DNA of 41,962 nucleotides from an uncultured Solirubrobacter sp. (GCA_937871635.1 CALMNS010000008.1:1-41962); one strand, 5' to 3'. Shown: positions 16,848-25,626, numbered from the stretch's first letter. Numbers and translations: made by a program. The notes: generated from the letters alone by a model not told the origin.

Positions 16848-17828
16848 TCAGGCCACCGCCCGGTCGGGTGCGCGGAAGGTGCGCCGGTAGGTCTGCGGGG
16901 AGACGCCGATCGTCGCGCGCAGATGCTGGCGAAGCAGCGTCGCGCTGCCGAAGCCGACCTCGTACGCGACGCGCTCGACCGGTAGATCGGTCGTCTCGAG
17001 CAGCGCTCGGGCGCGGTCGACCCGCTGGCGGACGACCCACTGCGTCGGACTCATGCCCATCTCAGCGCGGAAGCGGCGGGTGAAGGTCCGCACGCTCATG
17101 TGCGCATGCTCGGCGAGGTCCTCGAGCCCGAGCCTCGTGTCCAGGCGCTCCGCTGCCCACTCGCGCGTCGGTCCCGTGGTCGTGTCGAGGTCGGCGAGCA
17201 GCGGCTGCTCGATGAATTGCGCCTGCCCGCCGTCGCGCCACGGCGGCACGACGCACCGCCGCGCCGCGCCGTTGGCGACCTCGGCGCCGTGGTCGGAACG
17301 GACGACGTGCAGGCAGAGGTCCACGCCGGCCGCCCCTCCGGCGGCGGTCAGGACGCGCCCGGCGTCGACGAAGAGCACGTCGGGGCGCACCTCGATCTGC
17401 GGGAACAGCCGCGCGAAGTTCGCGGCGTGCCACCAGTGCGTCGTCGCGGGCAGCCCGTCGAGTCGGCCGGCGGCGGCGAGCACGAACGAGCCGGTGCAGA
17501 TGCTCATCAGCCGCGCGTCATCGCGCACGAGGGCCAGCGCGGAGGCGACCTCGGGGTCGAGCTCGCCGGCATCGCGCAGGCGTCCGTCGGGCTCTTGGGT
17601 GGCGATCACGACCGTGTCGGCGTCGGCGAGCGCCTGTTCGTCGAGGTCGACGAGGATCGAGAAGTCCGCGTTCGTGCGGACCGCGCCGCCCCCGATCGCG
17701 CAGGTGACGACGTCGTAGAGACGCTCGCCGTCGGCGTCGCGGGCCGCGCCGAAGACGCGGGCGGGGATCCCGAGATCGAACGGGATGACCCGGTCCAGGG
17801 CGAGGACGACGACGCGATGTCGAGCCAC
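16848..17828 (-). CDS. GlxA-family AraC-type regulator (DJ-1/PfpI domain plus AraC HTH)
   Basis: RLMSICTGSFVLAAAGRLDG is a DJ-1 Cys elbow. The C-terminus LAEHAHMSVRTFTRRFRAEMGMSPTQWVVRQRVDRARALLETTDLPVERVAYEVGFGSATLLRQHL is an AraC HTH. Confidence 0.85.
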   Translation of the reverse strand: MARHRVVVLALDRVIPFDLGIPARVFGAARDADGERLYDVVTCAIGGGAVRTNADFSILVDLDEQALADADTVVIATQEPDGRLRDAGELDPEVASALALVRDDARLMSICTGSFVLAAAGRLDGLPATTHWWHAANFARLFPQIEVRPDVLFVDAGRVLTAAGGAAGVDLCLHVVRSDHGAEVANGAARRCVVPPWRDGGQAQFIEQPLLADLDTTTGPTREWAAERLDTRLGLEDLAEHAHMSVRTFTRRFRAEMGMSPTQWVVRQRVDRARALLETTDLPVERVAYEVGFGSATLLRQHLRATIGVSPQTYRRTFRAPDRAVA

Positions 17829-17858
17829 GCCCGGAGCTTACGCGGATCGGCTGAGAGA

Positions 17859-18689
17859 TCAGGCGGGGGCGGCGACGCTCCGAGCGATCTCACGGTAGTG
17901 GTCGTGCTCGTCGAGCCGTGCGACGTAGGAGGCGCGCACGTCGTCGTAGGTGTCCGTACCGAGCGGCACGCGCAGCGGAGCCGGCTCGGTCTCGGCGACG
18001 ACGATCATCGCCGCGGCGACGCGGTCGGGGTCGTTCGGGACCGGGAACGCGCCGTCGGCAACAGCGCGGCGGACGTCGCCGGCGGGCGTGGCGGCGTACT
18101 CGGCCATGGGCGCGGACTGCGCGACGGCGGCGCCGAAGCCGGTCGGCGTGGCGCCGGGCTGGACGATCGTGACGCCGATCCCGAGCGGGGCCACCTCCTG
18201 GGCGAGCGTCTCGGAGAAGCCCTCGAGGCCCCACTTGGAGGCGTGGTAGTAGCCGAAGCCCGGGTAGGTCGTCTGCCCTCCCGCGGTCGACACCTGCACG
18301 ATGCGGCCGTGTCCCTGGCGGCGCAGGTGCGGCAGCGCCGCGCGGACGACGCGGATCGGGCCGAGGAGGTTCGTGTCGACCACGCCGGCGATCACCGCGT
18401 CGTCGACCTCCTCGACCGACCCTAAGGCGCCGTAGCCCGCGTTGTTGACCACGACGTCGATCGTCCCGAGCTTCGAGAAGGCGCGATCGACCGTCGCGCG
18501 GACCTGCTCAGGGTCGGTCACGTCAAGCGCGGCGACCCACAGGCGGTCGCCGGCGGTGGCGCGGAGGTCGTCGAGGGCCTCCGGGCGGCGCAGGGTGGCG
18601 GCGACGCGGTCGCCGCGGCGCAGCAGCTGCTCGGTGAGCGTCCGGCCGAGGCCGGAGGAGGTGCCGGTGATGAACCAGGTGGAAGGCAT
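17859..18689 (-). CDS. SDR-family oxidoreductase
   Basis: From ATG 18689: MPSTWFITGTSSGLGRTL (TGxxxGxG), NNAGYG, YHASKWGLEG (YxxxK). Confidence 0.85.
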   Translation of the reverse strand: MPSTWFITGTSSGLGRTLTEQLLRRGDRVAATLRRPEALDDLRATAGDRLWVAALDVTDPEQVRATVDRAFSKLGTIDVVVNNAGYGALGSVEEVDDAVIAGVVDTNLLGPIRVVRAALPHLRRQGHGRIVQVSTAGGQTTYPGFGYYHASKWGLEGFSETLAQEVAPLGIGVTIVQPGATPTGFGAAVAQSAPMAEYAATPAGDVRRAVADGAFPVPNDPDRVAAAMIVVAETEPAPLRVPLGTDTYDDVRASYVARLDEHDHYREIARSVAAPA

Positions 18690-18724
18690 GAGAGGGTCCT
18701 TTGGGGAGGGACCTCTACCTTGAC

Positions 18725-18752
18725 ATGCATACGACGCAAGTTGCGTGCGCAT
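18725..18752. promoter_or_regulatory. LysR-type operator candidate (core palindrome ACGCAA-G-TTGCGT inside ATGCAT..N..GCGCAT)
   Basis: Perfect 6+1+6 inverted repeat at 18734..18746, within a larger imperfect dyad. It lies in the 92-bp SDR/LysR divergent intergenic region. Confidence 0.4.
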
Positions 18753-18781
18753 GACGCATTCACCTATGCTTATCACGCATC

Positions 18782-19732
18782 GTGTCGGCGTCATCGTTCA
18801 CGCTCGCCGGGCTGGAACTGCTCCGCTCGGCCGCAGCGCTCAGGTCGTTCTCCGCCGCGGGTGACGCCCTGGGATACTCGCAATCAGCGGTCTCCCGGCA
18901 GATCGCCGCCCTCGAGCGCGCCGTGGGCGCCCGGCTCTTCGAGCGCGCACCGCGTGGCGTGCGACTGACCGAGGCGGGGGCGCTGCTCCTCGAACACGCG
19001 ACGACCGCCCTCGGAGAGCTCGACACCGCACGCGCGGCGATCGTCCGCCTCAGTGAGCGCACGGCCGGCCGCTTGGCCGTCGGGGCCATCCCCACCGCGG
19101 GCATCGCGCTCGTCCCCCGTGCGATCGCCCGGCTGGCCGCCAGCCATCCCGAGGTGCGCGTCGAGCTGCACGACGGCTCCACGCCGGCGCTGGTCGAACG
19201 CGTCGCGGCCGGCTCGATCGACCTCGCGGTCGTGGCGCTGCGCCCCGCCGGTCGCGACCAGGACTTCGGGACGCTGCGCCCCGAGCTCCTGCTCGTCGAC
19301 CCGTTGCGGGTCGCCGTCGCCGCGACGCATCGCCTGGCCGGCCGCGGACGCGTCGGGACCGACGAGCTGCGCGACGAACCCTGGGTCGTCGGGCAGCCCA
19401 CGGTGGAGGGCGAACCCGCCTTCGGAGCCTGGCCCTCGCTCGCGGCGCCGAGGATCGCCTTCGCCGCACACGACTGGCCCGCCCGACTCGGGCTTGTCGC
19501 GGCGGGCCTCGGCATCGCGCTCATCCCGGGACTCGCCGCACCGTCGGTGCCCGCCGGCGTCGTGCTCGTCGACGTCGACGACCCCGAGCACGAACGCGAC
19601 CCGAGCGGGGTGACGATCACCTCCCCGGGCGCACCCCCCGCCGCGGCGGCGATGGTCAGGGCGCTGCGCTCCGAGGCCGCCCGCTTCGCGATGACCCGCC
19701 CGCCGGGCGAGCGGCCTCCCGCGTCGGGCTGA
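18782..19732 (+). CDS. LysR-family transcriptional regulator
   Basis: LELLRSAAALRSFSAAGDALGYSQSAVSRQIAALERAVGARLFERAPRGVRLTEAG is a LysR HTH. GTG start. Confidence 0.9.
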   Translation: MSASSFTLAGLELLRSAAALRSFSAAGDALGYSQSAVSRQIAALERAVGARLFERAPRGVRLTEAGALLLEHATTALGELDTARAAIVRLSERTAGRLAVGAIPTAGIALVPRAIARLAASHPEVRVELHDGSTPALVERVAAGSIDLAVVALRPAGRDQDFGTLRPELLLVDPLRVAVAATHRLAGRGRVGTDELRDEPWVVGQPTVEGEPAFGAWPSLAAPRIAFAAHDWPARLGLVAAGLGIALIPGLAAPSVPAGVVLVDVDDPEHERDPSGVTITSPGAPPAAAAMVRALRSEAARFAMTRPPGERPPASG

Positions 19733-19782
19733 AACGCACGCGCCACCGTCACACGAGCCGCGGCGAGCGGCATACTCCCCGG

Positions 19783-20619
19783 ATGCCACGACTAGGCGAC
19801 TTCCTGAGGTCGCGGCGCTCCTCCTTGCACCCGGCCGAGCTCGGACTCGACCTGGACGGCGACCGGCGGCAGGTGTCCGGACTGCGCCGTACCGAGCTCG
19901 CCAAGGTGGCCGGGGTCAGCGTCGAGTACTACACGCGCCTCGAGCAGGGGCGGAGCCGGAATCCCTCCGATGGCGTGCTCGACGCCCTGGCGGATGCCCT
20001 GCGTCTTGGCGCGTACGAGCGGGCGCACCTGCACCACCTCGCCCGGCCGCCCCGAGCAACGCCGATCCCCACGCCGCAGCACGTGCGGCCTTCCGTGCGC
20101 TCGGTGCTCGACACCCTCGGCCGCGCCCCGGCGATGGTGCTGAGCGGGCATCTCGACGTGCTCGCCTGGAACCGGCCGGCGCACCTCCTGGTCGGCCCGC
20201 ACCTCGAGTTCGAGTCCGTCGACGAGCCGAGTCGGCGGCCCAACGTGGCCAGGATGGTGTTCGGCGACCCGTACGCACTGGACCTGTACGCGAACTGGGA
20301 GGTCAAGGCACAGGAGACGGTGGCGCACCTGCAGCTCGCCGCGGGACGGGACCCGGGCGACGCTCGCTTGACCGCGCTGGTCGACGAGCTCGCGGGCGGA
20401 ACCGAGGCGTTCGCGGACCTGTGGCGCTCGCAGACGGTCGGCGACTGCACGTTCACGGTCAGGGAGTACCGCCATCGGCTGGTCGGCGGGATGGTCCTGC
20501 ACCAGGAGGTCATGCGGCTGGCGGACCCCGGGCTGAGCCTGGCGGTGTACGGGGCGGAGCCCGGCTCCTCCTCGGCCGCGGCGCTTCGCCGGCTGGAGGG
20601 CGCAGCGGAGGCCGCCTGA
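19783..20619 (+). CDS. MmyB-like transcriptional regulator (second copy)
   Basis: LGDFLRSRRSSLHPAELGLDLDGDRRQVSGLRRTELAKVAGVSVEYYTRLEQGR...VLAWNRPAHLL. Same architecture as 3702..4592. Confidence 0.8.
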   Translation: MPRLGDFLRSRRSSLHPAELGLDLDGDRRQVSGLRRTELAKVAGVSVEYYTRLEQGRSRNPSDGVLDALADALRLGAYERAHLHHLARPPRATPIPTPQHVRPSVRSVLDTLGRAPAMVLSGHLDVLAWNRPAHLLVGPHLEFESVDEPSRRPNVARMVFGDPYALDLYANWEVKAQETVAHLQLAAGRDPGDARLTALVDELAGGTEAFADLWRSQTVGDCTFTVREYRHRLVGGMVLHQEVMRLADPGLSLAVYGAEPGSSSAAALRRLEGAAEAA

Positions 20620-20692
20620 CCGCCGCCAACCCCCTCGCCACGCCCGGCGCCTGTCCCTGACAGGGCCACCCCCGCGGCGTTCCGGACCCCGG

Positions 20693-22174
20693 GTGGCGGG
20701 GCATGCCAACCGCATGAGCAGCCCCGACCTGACCCGCGCTCCGGCTGGCCCCTCGCGCCTGCGCTCGACGTTCGCGCACGACGGCGAGACGCCTCACCCA
20801 CCGGCCGCAGGGGCCCTCCAGGCCGCGGTCGCCCTCGACGAGCTCCTGCTTCATGAAGGCGACGCCGAACGCCGGATCCTGTTCGAGAACGCGACGGTGG
20901 TGCACGGCGCGGCCGATCAGGCCGTCGTCCGCGGGAACGTGCTGGTCGTCGGTTCCCGGATCGCGGAGGTCGGGCCACGGGCAGGCGTTGACGTGCGCGG
21001 CCCCGGAACCGTCGTGCTCGACGCCTCCGACCACATCCTGATGCCCGGGTTCGTCGACTCGCACCTGCACGCCTGGGAGGGGCAGCTCCGTGGCATCGCG
21101 CCGGATGCGGACTTCGACGGGTACCTCGACCTGTCGCACAAGACGCTCGGCCCCCGCTACCGGGCACACGACACGTACGTCGGCAACCTCGTCACCTCGC
21201 TCGTGTGCCTGTCCGCCGGCGTCACGACCATCGTCGACAACTCGCACAACTCACGCACTGCCGACCACTCCTCCGCAGCGGTCGAGGCGCTGTTCGACGC
21301 CGGCATCCGCGGGGTCCACGCGGCGGCGGCTCCGCGCTTCGGCGACTGGGACCAGCAGTGGCCGCACGACCTCGACCGGCTCCAGGCCGAGTACTTCTCC
21401 TCGGCAGACCAGCTCGTGACCCTGCGGATGATGGACACCACCTCCGACGCCGATATGTGGCGCTTCGCCCACGACCGGGGACTGTGGGTCTCCTCGGAGA
21501 TCGGCTCGGACTGGGTCGACAACATCGTCGCGTTGCACGAGCTGGGGCTCGTCACCGAGACCCACACCTTCAATCACTGCCTCGGGCTGAGCGACCAGGA
21601 GTGGCAGATCATCGCCGAGACCGGGGTGAAGGTGAACGTCTGCCCTCGCTCGGACACGCTCTTCGGATTGGGGCCGTCGTTCCCGGCGGTCGACGACGCC
21701 CTGGCCGTCGGGATCCGTCCGGGCCTGAGCATGGACAACGAGCTCAGCTTCGGGGCCGACATGTTCCGCGAGATGGCGGTGCTGACCCACCTCCAGCGCG
21801 GCCGGGTGCACCAGCGGCGCAACGCCGGGGAGGAGGCAGGGCCCGACCCGGTCAGCGCGGGCGACGTCCTGGAGTTCGCGACGCTGCGGGGGGCGGAGAA
21901 CGCGGGACTGGTCGGCCGGACCGGATCGATCGAGGTCGGCAAGCAGGCCGACCTGATCCTGATCGACACGACCGCAGCGAACACGCTGCCGGCGACCGAC
22001 CCGATCGCCACCGTCGTCGGCTACGCCCATCCCGGCAACGTCTCCGCGGTCTTCGTCGCCGGCGACGTGCGCAAGTGGGACGGGCGCCTGGTCGGCGTCG
22101 ACCTGCGCGCGGTCCGCCGCCTCGCCGAGCAGTCGCGCGATCACCTCCGGGCGCCGGTGCGCGCCGCCACATGA
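20693..22174 (+). CDS. metal-dependent amidohydrolase (TRZ/ATZ / deaminase-like)
   Basis: MPGFVDSHLHAWEG (HxH), TTIVDNSHN, HTFNHCLG, GLSMDNE, GSIEVGKQADLILID. Start is uncertain (GTG 20693 or ATG 20714), leaving about 60 aa N-terminal to the conserved fold. Confidence 0.8.
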   Translation: MAGHANRMSSPDLTRAPAGPSRLRSTFAHDGETPHPPAAGALQAAVALDELLLHEGDAERRILFENATVVHGAADQAVVRGNVLVVGSRIAEVGPRAGVDVRGPGTVVLDASDHILMPGFVDSHLHAWEGQLRGIAPDADFDGYLDLSHKTLGPRYRAHDTYVGNLVTSLVCLSAGVTTIVDNSHNSRTADHSSAAVEALFDAGIRGVHAAAAPRFGDWDQQWPHDLDRLQAEYFSSADQLVTLRMMDTTSDADMWRFAHDRGLWVSSEIGSDWVDNIVALHELGLVTETHTFNHCLGLSDQEWQIIAETGVKVNVCPRSDTLFGLGPSFPAVDDALAVGIRPGLSMDNELSFGADMFREMAVLTHLQRGRVHQRRNAGEEAGPDPVSAGDVLEFATLRGAENAGLVGRTGSIEVGKQADLILIDTTAANTLPATDPIATVVGYAHPGNVSAVFVAGDVRKWDGRLVGVDLRAVRRLAEQSRDHLRAPVRAAT

Positions 22175-23217
22175 CCGCCACCCAGAGCAGCGCCGGGCTT
22201 CGGGCGTCGGCGAACCCGACGACGAGCGGCCTGGCCGTCGCGGGTGGCGCGCTGATCGCCGTCCAGGCCAGGGTCAACGGCGAGCTCGGCGACCGCCTGC
22301 GCGACGGAATCGGGGCGGCGGCACTCAGCTTCCTCGGCGGCCTCCTCGTCCTGACCGTGCTGGTGGTCCTCTCTCCGGGGATCCGTCGGGGGCTCCGGCA
22401 GCTGACCGCGGCGGTCCGGGGCGGTCAGCTGCCGCGCTGGTACCTGGTCGCCGGGGCCTTCGGTGCCTCTCTCGCCCTCGCGCAGTCGACGACGGCCCTG
22501 GTCATCGGCATCGCGGTCTTCACGGTCGCAGCGATCGCCGGGCAGACCCTCAGCGGCCTGTTGGTGGACGGCGTCGGCTTCGCCGGCGGGATCCGGCAGC
22601 GCCCCGACCGGCAGCGGTCGGTAGGTGCGGCCCTGGTGCTGGTGGCCGCGGTCATCGCCGCCGCGCCTGAGTTCGACGGCACGGCGAGCCCGGCCCGCGC
22701 CGTCCTCCCCGCACTCGCGCCGCTGGCAGCCGGCTTCCTGCTCGGCTTCCAGCTGGCGATGAACGGGGCCATGCGGAAGGCGGCCGGCTCCCCACTCGCG
22801 GTGACCTGGCTGAGCTTCCTGGTGGGCGCAGCCTTCCTGTCACTGATCTGGGCGGCGACGTCACTCAGCGTCGGAACGGACACGGCCGCCCTACCCAGCA
22901 ACTGGTGGCTCTATCTCGGCGGCCCCTGCGGCGTGGTCTTCGTCGCCTTGTCCGCGGTGCTCGTGCAGCGCATCGGCCTCCTGCTGCTGGCGATGGGCAC
23001 GATCGGCGGCCAGCTGATCGGGTCGATCGCGCTGGACGTCGCGGCCCCCACCGGCGCCGACGGGCTGAGCCCGTGGACGGTGCTGGGCGCGGCCATGACC
23101 CTCGCCGCCGTCGTCATCGCGACCAGGCGCGCCTCTCCGAGGACGGCAGCATCACCCTGTTCTCCGGAGTCGCCGCCGTCCGGCCCCAAGTCGGCACCGT
23201 CATCGTCACGTCCGTGA
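22171..23217 (+). CDS. DMT-superfamily transporter, YdcZ/DUF606-like (duplicated 5-TM)
   Basis: From ATG 22171 (ATGA overlap with the amidohydrolase stop): AGGALIAVQARVNGELG... and a second half FLLGFQLAMNGAMRKAAGSPLAVTWLSF... The last 28 aa (ASPRTAASPCSPESPP...) are read out of frame through an SDR relic. Confidence 0.7.
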   Translation: MTATQSSAGLRASANPTTSGLAVAGGALIAVQARVNGELGDRLRDGIGAAALSFLGGLLVLTVLVVLSPGIRRGLRQLTAAVRGGQLPRWYLVAGAFGASLALAQSTTALVIGIAVFTVAAIAGQTLSGLLVDGVGFAGGIRQRPDRQRSVGAALVLVAAVIAAAPEFDGTASPARAVLPALAPLAAGFLLGFQLAMNGAMRKAAGSPLAVTWLSFLVGAAFLSLIWAATSLSVGTDTAALPSNWWLYLGGPCGVVFVALSAVLVQRIGLLLLAMGTIGGQLIGSIALDVAAPTGADGLSPWTVLGAAMTLAAVVIATRRASPRTAASPCSPESPPSGPKSAPSSSRP

Positions 23218-23489
23218 ACGCCGCGATCGAGGGCCTGACCCGCTTGTTGGCGATCGAGCTCGCGCCGCGGCGGGTCAACGCGGTGAGCCCCGGCATGGTC
23301 GAGACACCCGGGTGGGCGCACCTGTCCGAGGCAGACCGCACCGAGCTGTTCCGGCAGGTCGGGCAGTCCATGCCCGTGGGGCGCATCGGTCAGCCGCGCG
23401 ACATCGCCGAGGCCGTACTGGAGCTCGCTGGCAACGGCTACAGCACCGGCGAGGTGCGCACCGTGGACGGCGGTGCCCGGCTCGCGTGA
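23127..23489 (+). pseudogene. 5'-truncated SDR-family gene (C-terminal half only)
   Basis: The frame of ORF 22905..23489 becomes SDR-like only from about 23127: RLSEDGSITLFSGVAAVRPQVGTVIVTSVNAAIEGLTRLLAIELAPRRVNAVSPGMVETPGW...MPVGRIGQPRDIAEAVLELAGNGYSTGEVRTVDGGARLA. There is no Rossmann TGxxxGxG region and no start codon. Confidence 0.6.
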
Positions 23490-24259
23490 ACGACCTGACC
23501 TTCGACTTCGCGAGCGCAGTGGTGCTCATCACCGGCGGAGGCAGCGGAATCGGGCGAGAGGTCGCGCGCCGGTTCCTCGACGCGGGCGCCATCGTCGCGG
23601 TCGCGGGCCGACGAGTCGAGCGTCTCGAGCAGTCGCTCGAGGGGTATCCGGCCGAGCGCGCCGCAGCCATCGCCGCCGATCTCAGCGACGCCCCGCAGGT
23701 ACGCGGGCTCGTCGCTGAGGTGCTGGGACGGTTCGGTCGCCTCGACGTCGTCGTCAGCAACGCCGCGGCCTACGCGAGCGGAGCGATCACCGATCTCGAC
23801 GACGACGCGTGGACCTCCTTGCGCGCGACCAACGTCGACGCGTTCTTCCACCTCGCCAAGGCCGCGCTGCCGCACCTCGCCGCCACGGGCGGCAACCTGG
23901 TCGCCGTGTCCTCCGTGTCCGGGGACCGCGGGGACTGGGGCCAAGCCGCGTACAACGCCACCAAGGCGGCGATCAGCAACTTCGTCCGGGCGCTGGCCCT
24001 GGACTGGGGGGCGCGCGGCGTGCGGCTCAACGCCGTCGCGCCCGCGTTCACCCTCACCGAGCTCACCCAGGGCCTGGGCCGCGACGAGGCCGCCCTCGCC
24101 CCGTTCGTGGACCGCATCGCGCTCGGCCGACCGGCGGAGCCGGAGGACATCGCGCCCGCCGTCCTCTTCCTCGCCAGTCGGGGCGCCCGCTACATCACCG
24201 GCGCGGTCCTGCCGGTCGACGGCGGGACCGGCGCCTCCACCGGGCAACCGCATCTCTGA
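23486..24259 (+). CDS. SDR-family oxidoreductase
   Basis: From GTG 23486: VVLITGGGSGIGREVA, SNAAAY, AYNATKAAISNF (YxxxK), LFLASRGARYITGAVLPVDGG. GTGA overlap with the relic's stop. Confidence 0.9.
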   Translation: MNDLTFDFASAVVLITGGGSGIGREVARRFLDAGAIVAVAGRRVERLEQSLEGYPAERAAAIAADLSDAPQVRGLVAEVLGRFGRLDVVVSNAAAYASGAITDLDDDAWTSLRATNVDAFFHLAKAALPHLAATGGNLVAVSSVSGDRGDWGQAAYNATKAAISNFVRALALDWGARGVRLNAVAPAFTLTELTQGLGRDEAALAPFVDRIALGRPAEPEDIAPAVLFLASRGARYITGAVLPVDGGTGASTGQPHL

Positions 24260-24264
24260 GGCCC

Positions 24265-24705
24265 CTCGGGTGGCGCTGCGCCGGGCTCGCGGAGCGACGC
24301 AGCAGCTCGACCACGCTCTCATGCGGCGGCCATCGCGGCGATGAGGACCTCAACCAGGCAGGAGTGGTCGTCATCCGGATGAAGCTGGCGTGTGACAGCG
24401 ATGCGCCGTAGAGGGCGCGGCGAGCAGGCGACGCACAGCGCGTGCTCGGTTCCCGCGCAGCGTTCAAGTGTCGGGGAAGGTCCTCGTGGTCGACGCCGAG
24501 CTCCGCGATCGTGGCGAGGACCGCAACCTCCTGAGACAACGCAATGCCCATCACGGGTCCACGGCCCGCAGGACCAAGGTGCGACATGCCCATCACCCTG
24601 GTGCCCGCGGCGTGCACGAGCACCTGGCTCGAGGCCGGCCGGCGAGCGTCGGCGTCTTCATAGGGCAGGACGTCTACGTCGCCGTACCCGGAGTAGCGGA
24701 CTGTC
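24265..24705 (-). pseudogene. possible degraded MDR/quinone-oxidoreductase gene (tentative)
   Basis: The minus-strand frame reads (D)KTVRYSGYGDVDVLPYEDADARRPASSQVLVHAAGTRVMGM...PVMGIALSQEVAVLATIAELGVDHEDL. This resembles the MKAVRY..YG..DVL...VLV.V.AAG.N...G.DVAGVV.AVG N-terminus, but there is no start codon and similarity fades downstream. GC is visibly lower here. Confidence 0.3.
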
Positions 24706-25182
24706 TTATCGGGGAGCTCCCTGCGTGTGGTGGAAGGAGGAGGTCGGGACGCCTCGGCGCAGGTCGAGGGCGGCGACGGGGATGGCGCGCTCGGTCATCG
24801 CCTGGTAGCGACCGAACCCGGGGTAGAGCGACGCCTGCCGGGCGTAGGTCGCCGCCCGGGAGGGCTCGTCGAGCAGCTGGGCGTGGGCCTGGAGGCGCTC
24901 GGCCCCGATCTCGACGGTGATGTCGTCCGGCCGGGCGACCAGGTTGCCCACCCATGCCGGGTCCTTATCCGCGCCCGCGGCCGACGCGAAGACGTAGACG
25001 CGATCGGGCCGATCGTCGTCGGCGAGGTACATCATTGGGTTGACGCGCGGCTCGCCGGACTTCACGCCGATGGTGGTGAGGAGGAGCACCGGCGCGGCCC
25101 CGAAGGCGCTGAGCGCGCCGCCGCTGGCCCGGAACTCGGCGACGTTCTTCGCGTTGACCTCGAGGACGCGCTGGTGGTCCAT
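24706..25182 (-). CDS. deazaflavin (F420)-dependent nitroreductase-family protein (DUF385-like)
   Basis: From ATG 25182: MDHQRVLEVNAKNVAEFRASGGALSAFGAAPVLLLTTIGVKSGEPRVNPMMYL...VYVFASAAGADKDPAWVGNLVARPD...AATYARQASLYPGFGRYQAMTERAIPV. Confidence 0.75.
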   Translation of the reverse strand: MDHQRVLEVNAKNVAEFRASGGALSAFGAAPVLLLTTIGVKSGEPRVNPMMYLADDDRPDRVYVFASAAGADKDPAWVGNLVARPDDITVEIGAERLQAHAQLLDEPSRAATYARQASLYPGFGRYQAMTERAIPVAALDLRRGVPTSSFHHTQGAPR

Positions 25183-25189
25183 GACGCCC

Positions 25190-25626
25190 TCAGCTCGCCG
25201 CGGTCTGCGCCGGGAGCAGGCTGAGGATGGAGGGCAGGACCGCCGCGCCCGTGGGAGCGGACTGATCGACGGCGAGCTCCGCGAGCACCTGGTTGGTGGA
25301 GGTGATGTCCGCGCCGGCGCGCTCCATCCGACGGACGGCGGCGTCGTCGCCCGCCACGGTGATCGAGCCGCCCGCGTCCGGCACCACCGCCACCCGGTAG
25401 CCATCGTCGAGCAGCGTGAGGGTCGGGAAGACGGTGCACACGTCGTTGGTGATGCCGGCGATCAGCACGGCGGGCTTGCCGGTCGTCCGCACGGCGGCGG
25501 CGAACTCCGGGTCATCCCGGGTCCGGAGGGCACGGGGGTCGTCGAGCCGACCCAGCCGATGGTTCCGACCTGGAAGTCGACCAGTAGCAGCACGGTGGCG
25601 TCCGCCGTGAGGAGGGAGACGGTCAT
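25190..25626 (-). pseudogene. isochorismatase-family (cysteine hydrolase) gene with internal deletion/frameshift
   Basis: The N-terminus MTVSLLTADATVLLLVDFQVGTIGWVGS (frame of ORF 25462..26355) switches frame to ...DDPEFAAAVRTTGKPAVLIAGITNDVCTVFPTLTLLDDGYRVAVVPDAGGS (ORF 25190..25492). About 50 aa normally lie between these blocks and are missing. Confidence 0.65.

Noticed and set aside
22905-23489. The 194-aa ORF as an intact SDR.
   Set aside because: Its first 75 codons are an Arg/Pro-rich out-of-frame reading of the DMT transporter gene. No Rossmann glycine motif is present, and SDR similarity starts only at about 23127.
24195-24623. The 142-aa minus-strand ORF as a hypothetical protein gene.
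   Set aside because: It overlaps the 3' end of the intact SDR and begins inside the recognisable MDR-like N-terminus. It is better explained as part of a relic, and even that call has low confidence.
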